Under the pieces are notes generated by a model that worked only from the letters and a program-made list of their open reading frames with translations, did no database searches and had not been told where the DNA came from. 53,332 bases of DNA from Bacilli bacterium (lineage in GTDB: Bacteria > Bacillota_I > Bacilli_A > RFN20 > CAG-826), in assembly GCA_045132035.1 (NCBI GenBank), contig JBGURM010000091.1, positions 1 through 53,332 on the forward strand, in the 5' to 3' direction. A program made the translations under genes and the position numbers. Below, in pieces: positions 43,553 through 51,044 of this stretch (position 1 is the first letter of the stretch; each line of letters opens with the position of its first letter).

Positions 43553-44952
43553 TATTTTAATTCTCCTCCTCTGCCACCAACAGTGATTTCACTTACTCTT
43601 AAAGTAGGTTGACCAACATTTGTTCTAATGCTTCCGCTTGCAGCGCCACACATGCCTTGTGCTAAAGCCAAATCGTTTCCAACCATATCGATCTTTTTGA
43701 GGATTTCTTCGCCTTTTCCAATTAAGGTTGCGCCTTTAACTGGTTCACAAACCTTTCCGTCTCTAATGATATAGGCTTCAGAGCATCCAAAATTGAATTC
43801 TCCGGTAGTTGGATCGACGCTTCCACCTGCAAAACCAACTGCATAAAGACCTAATTTTGTTGCTGCAATTATTTCTTCTGGTGTGGATTTACCATTATCA
43901 ATATATGTGTTACTCATTCTGCTTGTTGGGCAGTATTTATAGTTTTGTCTACGGCAAGAACCGTTTCCTTTTCTTCCCATTCTTCTTCCGTTGAAGTCAT
44001 CAATCATGAAGTTAACGAGTTTCCCGTCTTTAATTAAGACACGTTTTTCTCCTAGATTGCCTTCATCGTCAATATCAATTGAACCCCATTCGTTTGGAAT
44101 GGTGGAGTCATCAACGGCAGTAACAATTGGAGAAGCAATCATTTCTCCTTCTTTTCCTGCAAAGCAGCTTAAGCCTCTACTAACTGCACTAGCTTCAAGT
44201 GGGTGTCCACATGCTTCATGGAAAAGAACTCCGCCCCATCCATTACCAATAACAACTGGCATTTTTCCGGATGGGCATTCCTTGGCAGTAAGCATCATTA
44301 AAGCGGTTTCTGCAGCTTTTCTTGCCACTTTTCTAGGTTTAGCTTTGTCTTTGAAGTAGCTAATATCCATTTGGCAGCCAGGTCCTTCAAAGCTTGTTTC
44401 CATACCATTTTCATCAGCGGCAACTATTGAATACGCTATTCTGGCAAATTCGGTATCTCTTTGGAACCATTTTCCTTTCGAATTGAAGACTGTAACATTT
44501 TTATGGTTACAACCAAATGAACCAACATATCTTACGATTCTTGGATCGTTCATTGATTGAATTTCATCTGTACCTTCTCTGATGAGATCGATTTTTTCTT
44601 TCAATGGAATATCTTCGTAACTGTGGGTAATTGGATTTCTGTTTTTTGATCTAATCATTTCTAGTTTTGTAACAGTTATCAATCGTTCGCCCTTAAATGA
44701 TTTATTTAATGCGTCCGCTAATTCCATTAAACCTTTTCTAGATATATCGCTTGTATATCCATACACACATTGATTTTCTTTTAATAATCTTAACCCTGCT
44801 CCGAATGTAATGCCTGTTGAGCTTGAATTAACTTTGCTGTTTTCAATTGAAACTCCGTAGCCTCTACTGTTTTCAGCAAAAATCTCAGCGTAGTCAGCAC
44901 CAGTGGCAAGCATTTCATTAAGAACATCTATTGCAAGTTTCTTACTAATCAC
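43552..44952 (-). CDS. tldD: TldD metalloprotease
   Basis: HEACGHPLE (HExxxH) motif. C-terminal GxC...GG pattern (MCGAASGS). GTG start preceded by AAAGGAGG. Confidence 0.88.
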   Translation of the reverse strand: MISKKLAIDVLNEMLATGADYAEIFAENSRGYGVSIENSKVNSSSTGITFGAGLRLLKENQCVYGYTSDISRKGLMELADALNKSFKGERLITVTKLEMIRSKNRNPITHSYEDIPLKEKIDLIREGTDEIQSMNDPRIVRYVGSFGCNHKNVTVFNSKGKWFQRDTEFARIAYSIVAADENGMETSFEGPGCQMDISYFKDKAKPRKVARKAAETALMMLTAKECPSGKMPVVIGNGWGGVLFHEACGHPLEASAVSRGLSCFAGKEGEMIASPIVTAVDDSTIPNEWGSIDIDDEGNLGEKRVLIKDGKLVNFMIDDFNGRRMGRKGNGSCRRQNYKYCPTSRMSNTYIDNGKSTPEEIIAATKLGLYAVGFAGGSVDPTTGEFNFGCSEAYIIRDGKVCEPVKGATLIGKGEEILKKIDMVGNDLALAQGMCGAASGSIRTNVGQPTLRVSEITVGGRGGELK

Positions 44953-45057
44953 TAATATTTCCTCCTTTATTAAGAAAAGTATCTAAATTATAAGATACTT
45001 GGCAACATAAATTAAATAGTTTCTTTTTCTAGTTATGTTCTTTAAAATAGTTATGCA

Positions 45058-46092
45058 ATGAAAATTAGAATAAATATGCTTAGTAACGCTGATGTAGCTA
45101 AGGGACAAGGGGTTGCTAGTGCATATAATGAACAAGTCAATCTGGTTAAAAAAATAGATGATTTTGATATATTCATTAATTCAAAGTCATCAGAATTTGA
45201 CATTTATCATATTCATAGTGTTAATCCATCCTATAAATTAAGAATGAACAAAAAGCATTTAAATATTGTTTATGTTCACTTTATTCCTGAAAAGAATCAT
45301 GAAAGTATTAAGCTACCAAAACCAGCGGAAAAATTATTTGATAGTTATGTTAATTCGTTTTATAGAAAAGCGGATGAATTAGTAGTGGTGAATCCATGCT
45401 TTATTAGTGACCTTGAAAAGCTTGGAATTCCAAAAGAAAAAATAACCTATATACCAAATTATGTTGATCACACAACTTTTAGGCCTCTATCAAAAGAAGA
45501 AATCTCCAAAATTAAAGATAAATATAACATTCCTCATGACAAATTTGTCGTTCTAGGATGTGGCCAAATACAAACAAGAAAGGGCTTCGATGATTTTATT
45601 AACACTGCGACACTCAGTCCTGATATTCAGTTCATTTGGGTTGGTGGATTTTCATTTGGAAGAATAATGCACGGATATAGAAAATATAAGAAATTATTGA
45701 AAAATTTGCCACAAAACGTCATTCATATAGAGATTTTAGATAGAAAATACATGAATGAGATATTTAACGCATGTGATGTTCTATTCATGCCTTCTTTTAT
45801 GGAGCTTTTCCCGATGACAATATTAGAAATGGCGAACGTTCATAAGCCAGTTCTTCTTAGGAATCTTGAATTATATGAGCCAATTCTATTTGGGAAATTC
45901 GCTAAAGGAACGAACCCTGAAGAGTTTTCGGCAGAGTTATATAAAATGATGGTGGACGCAACCTACTATACCGAACAAGTTAACAACTCAATTTTCATCT
46001 CGGATTTTTATAATGAAGATGTATTAAAAAAGACTTGGAAAGAATACTATCAACGAGTTTTTATTAAATGGAAATCGAAAAAGAATAATTAA
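45058..46092 (+). CDS. GT4-family glycosyltransferase (possible glycolipid synthase of the CpoA/alDGS type)
   Basis: GT-B fold C-terminal motif FMPSFMELFPMTILEMANVHKPVL (EX7E-like). 344 aa. Substrate assignment is inference only. Confidence 0.7.
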   Translation: MKIRINMLSNADVAKGQGVASAYNEQVNLVKKIDDFDIFINSKSSEFDIYHIHSVNPSYKLRMNKKHLNIVYVHFIPEKNHESIKLPKPAEKLFDSYVNSFYRKADELVVVNPCFISDLEKLGIPKEKITYIPNYVDHTTFRPLSKEEISKIKDKYNIPHDKFVVLGCGQIQTRKGFDDFINTATLSPDIQFIWVGGFSFGRIMHGYRKYKKLLKNLPQNVIHIEILDRKYMNEIFNACDVLFMPSFMELFPMTILEMANVHKPVLLRNLELYEPILFGKFAKGTNPEEFSAELYKMMVDATYYTEQVNNSIFISDFYNEDVLKKTWKEYYQRVFIKWKSKKNN

Positions 46093-46125
46093 TCATATAA
46101 AATAAAATGGAAGGCAGGTATTTGT

Positions 46126-46581
46126 ATGAATAAATATATGAGAATGGCAATTAACGAAGCAAGAAAAGGTATTCGCAACCAACATGGCGGTCCCTTTGGC
46201 GCAGTTATTGTTAAAGATGGTGTTGTTGTTGGAAAAGGACACAACCAAGTTCTTAAAAACAACGATCCAACATGCCACGGCGAGATGATGGCGATTCATA
46301 AAGCGTGTAAAACACTTGGAACATTTGATTTGTCTGGATGCGAATTATACACGACAGGAGAACCATGCCCAATGTGCATGTCTGCAATCTTATGGGCAAA
46401 CATTGATAAGGTATATTATGGTTGTAATATCATTGATACCGAAAATATTGGTTTCAGAGACAAAAAATTCTACGATATGCAACAACCAGGCGAAAGAGAA
46501 AAGCTTGTTGTTGAATTAGATAGAAAAGCTTGCCTTAAGTTATATGCTGAATATGAGAGCTTAACTCATAAACTATATTAA
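46126..46581 (+). CDS. guaD: guanine deaminase (CDA-fold, GuaD type)
   Basis: GGPFGAVIVKDG, CHGEMMAI and PCPMCMSAI zinc motifs. 151 aa, close to the Bacillus GuaD pattern. Confidence 0.8.
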   Translation: MNKYMRMAINEARKGIRNQHGGPFGAVIVKDGVVVGKGHNQVLKNNDPTCHGEMMAIHKACKTLGTFDLSGCELYTTGEPCPMCMSAILWANIDKVYYGCNIIDTENIGFRDKKFYDMQQPGEREKLVVELDRKACLKLYAEYESLTHKLY

Positions 46582-46601
46582 TTAAGAACATTTAGATACT
46601 T

Positions 46602-46631
46602 AAAAAGGCCAATTTGAATTTGGCCTTTTTT
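46602..46631. terminator. bidirectional terminator between guaD and arcC
   Basis: AAAAAGGCCAAATT-tga-AATTTGGCCTTTTT. Confidence 0.8.
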
Positions 46632-46656
46632 GATAAAATAAAGGGTTTCTTATATG

Positions 46657-47571
46657 TTATTTGATTATTGTTCCGCTTTTTTCTTCAAACGCTAGAGCGG
46701 CATTTTCTAATGCAGCAATAATTGCGGTTTTTCCTTTTGCTTTAGTCAAGAATTTAACACATGCATTCACTTTTGGATACATGCTGCCTTTAGCAAAATA
46801 ATCACCTTTAAGATATTCTTTAATTTCATCTAAAGAAACGTTTCCTAATTTCTTTTCATTTGGTTGACGATAATTGATACAAACATTATCAATTGCAGTT
46901 AGGATTACTAAATAATCGGCGTCAACTAGTTCTGCAACTAATGCTGAAGCGTAGTCTTTGTCAATGACCGCAGCAACACCGGTTAGTTTGTTTCCTTCTC
47001 TAATAACAGGTATGCCACCTCCGCCTGCGCAGATAACAACATCGCCTTTCTTAACTAAGGAAGAAATTATTTCTTTTTCTTCAATATCGATTGGAAGTGG
47101 TGAAGGTACAACTCTTCTATATCCTCTACCTGCATCTTCCTTCATTGTGCAGCCTTTTTCTTTGGCAATTACTTCTGCTTCTTCTTTGGAGTAGAAAGTT
47201 CCAACTGGTTTTGATGGATTTTGGAATAAAGGATCATTCTTATCTACAACAACTTGGGTAACGATTGTAGCGACATTTCTTTTTACACCTTGTTTTCTTA
47301 ATTCGTTTTGTAATGCATTTTGTAAATGGAAGCCAATATATCCTTGTGACATCGCGCCACATTCTGGGAAAGGCATATCCGGAACACTCTTAGCTTCGCT
47401 AAAAGCATTGTTAATCATACCAACTTGTGGACCATTGCCATGTACAATTACCACTTCATGACCATCTTTCATTAACTTAACAATATAGCTAGCTACGTTA
47501 CTAACTAGATTCTTTTGTTCTTCAGCGTTATTGCCTAAAGCATTACCGCCTAAACTGACGACATATCTCAT
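46657..47571 (-). CDS. arcC: carbamate kinase
   Basis: MRYVVSLGGNAL, VIVHGNGPQVG and CAGGGGIPV motifs. 304 aa. Confidence 0.92.
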   Translation of the reverse strand: MRYVVSLGGNALGNNAEEQKNLVSNVASYIVKLMKDGHEVVIVHGNGPQVGMINNAFSEAKSVPDMPFPECGAMSQGYIGFHLQNALQNELRKQGVKRNVATIVTQVVVDKNDPLFQNPSKPVGTFYSKEEAEVIAKEKGCTMKEDAGRGYRRVVPSPLPIDIEEKEIISSLVKKGDVVICAGGGGIPVIREGNKLTGVAAVIDKDYASALVAELVDADYLVILTAIDNVCINYRQPNEKKLGNVSLDEIKEYLKGDYFAKGSMYPKVNACVKFLTKAKGKTAIIAALENAALAFEEKSGTIIK

Positions 47572-47668
47572 AAATAAAACCTCTTCAACAAAATAAATAT
47601 ACCATTTTATACGCCAAACAAATAATAATTGTTTGTGCTTAATAAAAAAAGAGTAAAATAATGATACT

Positions 47669-48442
47669 ATGTATCCCGATTTATTTGGTATTAATGGATT
47701 CTCAATGACGTTTATGATTATCGTAGGCGCAGTTATGGCCGCGATATTGCTTTTTATTTATCTACATAAAAAAGGAGTACATTCAAGCCAATTCTTAGAC
47801 TTAGCAATAGTTGTGATTACCACCGTTTTTATGGGTGTTGTTTTTGCAATCTTGTTTGAGAATGTTTATGAAGCCATAAAACACAACATTTATGGGCAGC
47901 CACAACATTGGACTTGGGGTATGACTTTTTATGGTGGATTAGTCGGTGGAATTCCAACCTTCTTATTGGCTTACAAGTACTATTATTTAAAGCACGGTGA
48001 ACCAATATTAGACAAGATAGTTATCATTGCTCCGGCGTGCATTACTTTAGGCCATGCATTTGGAAGAATCGGATGCTTTTTATCTGGATGCTGTTATGGC
48101 ATTCCAACAGAACCAGGATCAGGAATTGTTTTTCCTGGAATGGACCATCCGGTCGTCCCAACCCAGCTAATTGAGTCTGTGTTTTTATTCGTCTTAACAG
48201 CTGCATTAGTCGTGTTTGCGTTTAGATTTGATTTTTCATACAATTTTGTAATTTATGCGGTATTTTATGGAATTTTTAGATTTATTATCGAATTTTTCAG
48301 AGGCGATGAGAGAGGACAATTAGCAGGATTATCCCCTTCTCAATACTGGTGTATAGTTCTAGTTGTCGGTGCGATTCCTCTATATTTCTATTTAAAGAAG
48401 AAAATGCCTAAATCACAGGAGGACAAGAATAATGAAATTTAA
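47669..48442 (+). CDS. lgt: prolipoprotein diacylglyceryl transferase
   Basis: GRIGCFLSGCCYG signature. Polytopic. 257 aa. Confidence 0.92.
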   Translation: MYPDLFGINGFSMTFMIIVGAVMAAILLFIYLHKKGVHSSQFLDLAIVVITTVFMGVVFAILFENVYEAIKHNIYGQPQHWTWGMTFYGGLVGGIPTFLLAYKYYYLKHGEPILDKIVIIAPACITLGHAFGRIGCFLSGCCYGIPTEPGSGIVFPGMDHPVVPTQLIESVFLFVLTAALVVFAFRFDFSYNFVIYAVFYGIFRFIIEFFRGDERGQLAGLSPSQYWCIVLVVGAIPLYFYLKKKMPKSQEDKNNEI

Positions 48443-49184
48443 GATTTTGGATATTTTATTGTTCGCTTTGCTCTTTGTTTTTGTTAATGCTTTTCCTGTT
48501 GATCTTTTTCCTCTTGCGATTACCGAGCAGCTCATTGTTAGACTGTGTTTGAGATTTGTCCTACTTTTGTATTATATTTATCTATTATGGAGATACAGAA
48601 TTAATCTCTTTAAATTTGCCAATTATCGTAGAGGAATGCTCTTTATTCCTTTTGTTATCATTTGTTTTTCAAATCTCATCGCTGCCGCTATTGCGGGATC
48701 AGATTTTACAGTTTCAATTAATCCAGTATTATTGTCGTTAACTATTGTTTATCATTTGTTTGGAGTCATTATTGAAGAGTTGCTCTTTAGATTTTTTATA
48801 CAAAATTCTCTAGTCTTTGCTTCTTCAATCAAAAGAATATTAGCTAGCGCTGGAATTTTCGCTCTATTTCATTTGATTAATATTGTCAATGTAAGTTCTG
48901 TTGATGCACTTGTTGATGTATTAACTCAAGTTGTATATGCCTTTGGGTTAGGATTACTTCTTGGACTTATTTATGAGTATACATATTCGATTCCATTATG
49001 TGTTACTTTCCACTTTATATTTAATTTCACTAATTTAATATTAGTGCACGATATATTCCATTTAGCGATTCCTGCATTAGTCTATTACTTAACTGCTGTT
49101 ATTTGTGGTTTGGTTGTTGGAGTTTACGCTTTTCTTATTTATTTCTTCGTATTAAGAAGAAACGATCGATATTTTAGAGAATAG
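48432..49184 (+). CDS. CPBP-family intramembrane glutamic endopeptidase (CAAX protease/Abi-like)
   Basis: EELLFRFF, FALFHLIN and TFHFIFN motifs. Overlaps the lgt end by 11 nt. Confidence 0.85.
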   Translation: MKFKILDILLFALLFVFVNAFPVDLFPLAITEQLIVRLCLRFVLLLYYIYLLWRYRINLFKFANYRRGMLFIPFVIICFSNLIAAAIAGSDFTVSINPVLLSLTIVYHLFGVIIEELLFRFFIQNSLVFASSIKRILASAGIFALFHLINIVNVSSVDALVDVLTQVVYAFGLGLLLGLIYEYTYSIPLCVTFHFIFNFTNLILVHDIFHLAIPALVYYLTAVICGLVVGVYAFLIYFFVLRRNDRYFRE

Positions 49185-49231
49185 CCTTTTTCATTGAATA
49201 TATTTCATTTTCAAAATACAATTTTATTGTA

Positions 49232-49783
49232 ATGACGGAATGTATTATTCTTGCTGGTGGTAAATCAACCAGAATGAAAACAAACAAAATGCTTTTGGAT
49301 TACAAAGGTCATCCTTTGATTTGGCACACAATCAAATCGTTTGAAGGCCTTGTTTCAAAAATTATTGTAGTTACTGGTAAATACGATAAAGAAATTAGAG
49401 ACGCCTTAGTTGGTGAGCAAGTCACTTTTGTCTATAACAAAGATTATGAACTAGGGATGTTTTCTAGTGTTATAGAAGGCATAAAAGCCACAAACGAAGA
49501 TTTCTTTATTATCCCTGGAGATTGTCCATTTGTTAAAAAAGAAACAATTAAAATAATGCTTAACTCAAACGGGGATATTAGAGTGCCTTCTTATCACGAT
49601 AAAGATGGCCATCCAATTTTTATATCCAAAAAATATAAAGACGAATTACTTAGATTACCGCTAGATTATAATCTAAAGTTATTTCGTGATAGCAAAAAAT
49701 ATGAGATAATAAACGTCGAAGACAAAAACATAGTGATAAATCTAAATAATTTTTTAGATTATCAAGACATTGATGTTAACTGA
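49232..49783 (+). CDS. MobA/MocA-like molybdenum-cofactor nucleotidyltransferase
   Basis: ILAGGKSTRMKTNKMLL N-terminal motif and GDCPFV motif. Immediately upstream of the molybdo-hydroxylase subunits. Confidence 0.8.
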   Translation: MTECIILAGGKSTRMKTNKMLLDYKGHPLIWHTIKSFEGLVSKIIVVTGKYDKEIRDALVGEQVTFVYNKDYELGMFSSVIEGIKATNEDFFIIPGDCPFVKKETIKIMLNSNGDIRVPSYHDKDGHPIFISKKYKDELLRLPLDYNLKLFRDSKKYEIINVEDKNIVINLNNFLDYQDIDVN

Positions 49784-49797
49784 GAAATGGAGATAGT

Positions 49798-50592
49798 ATG
49801 AAAGTGAATGAATACTACCGTGCATCTTCTTTAGAAGATGCCTATCGTAAGTTACAAGAAAATCCAAAGAACCTAATTCTCGCTGGCGGACTTTGGATTA
49901 AGAAAATCGGACAAGACTGCAACGCCCTTGTTGATTTATCTACCCTTGGCTTAAACAAAATCAGCGAAACAAAAGATGAAGTGATCGTTGGAAGCATGGT
50001 CACACAAAGAGATTTTGAGAACTCTAACATTGTTAGAAGCTTGTTTAATGATTCAATTGCTTTTTCTGTTAGAGAGATCATGGGAGTTAATTTCCGTAAT
50101 ATTGCCACCATAGGTGGATCAATTATCGGAAGATATCCTTTCTCTGATGTCATTACTGGTTTATTACCATATGATGTCACTTTGGAGTTTTATCCAGAGC
50201 AAATGATGAGTTTTGAAGATTATTTAGCCTATAAAGGAAAATTGAATTCAATATTAGTTGCTATTCATATCAAAAAAGGTAATGGAAGTGGATTCTATAA
50301 GAAGGTAAAGACAACCGCATTAGATTTCCCTATTATCAATTTTGGTATTGCAAAAGTGAATGGAAAATATCGTATTGCTGTAGGCGCTAGACCACTGGTT
50401 GGAACATTGGCTAAAAAAGCAATGGAATACCTCAATTCACAAGATAAATTAGACCAAGAATCATATAAGAAAGCCGCTGAAATTGCTTCTGAGGAGCTTA
50501 TGTTACTTGATAATAAAGACGCCTCTAAAGACTATAGATGTGACCTAGTTAAAGTATATGTTAGACGTGGTCTAGAGGAGGTAAGTAAATAA
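49798..50592 (+). CDS. xanthine dehydrogenase-family FAD-binding subunit
   Basis: 264 aa. FAD_binding_5-like N-terminus (LILAGGLWIKK, ATIGGSI) and a CO-dehydrogenase flavoprotein C-terminal-like tail. Confidence 0.8.
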   Translation: MKVNEYYRASSLEDAYRKLQENPKNLILAGGLWIKKIGQDCNALVDLSTLGLNKISETKDEVIVGSMVTQRDFENSNIVRSLFNDSIAFSVREIMGVNFRNIATIGGSIIGRYPFSDVITGLLPYDVTLEFYPEQMMSFEDYLAYKGKLNSILVAIHIKKGNGSGFYKKVKTTALDFPIINFGIAKVNGKYRIAVGARPLVGTLAKKAMEYLNSQDKLDQESYKKAAEIASEELMLLDNKDASKDYRCDLVKVYVRRGLEEVSK

Positions 50593-51041
50593 TGTTAGTT
50601 ACTTTCTATTTAAATAACGTTGAAGTTAGCTACGCCATTAAACCTGGCGAATATTTAGCGAACACTTTACGTAGACACGGAATCAAATCTATTAAAATCG
50701 GATGCAACGAATCAACATGTGGTTCTTGCACATTATTAGTTGAAGGAAAGCCAATGATGAGCTGCTCTATTTTAACTGCCTCCATTGAAGGAAAACACAT
50801 TACCACAATTGAAGGCATTCAAGAAGAAGCCGCAAAAATTTCTAGTTACTTTTCTAAAGAAGGAGCGGATCAATGCGGATTCTGCAATGTTGGTTTTGCT
50901 TTAGTCATTTATTCTCTTAAGAGAGAATATCAGAATCCAACCGATGAAGAAATTAATAATTATATAGTCGGAAATCTTTGTAGATGCTCAGGTCTACAAT
51001 CTCATATGAAGGCTATTAGAGCCTATTTGAAGGAGGAATAA
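50592..51041 (+). CDS. xanthine dehydrogenase-family [2Fe-2S] subunit
   Basis: Cys motifs CNESTCGSCTLLV, QCGFCNVGF and CRCSG. 149 aa. Confidence 0.88.
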   Translation: MLVTFYLNNVEVSYAIKPGEYLANTLRRHGIKSIKIGCNESTCGSCTLLVEGKPMMSCSILTASIEGKHITTIEGIQEEAAKISSYFSKEGADQCGFCNVGFALVIYSLKREYQNPTDEEINNYIVGNLCRCSGLQSHMKAIRAYLKEE

Positions 51042-51044
51042 GCG

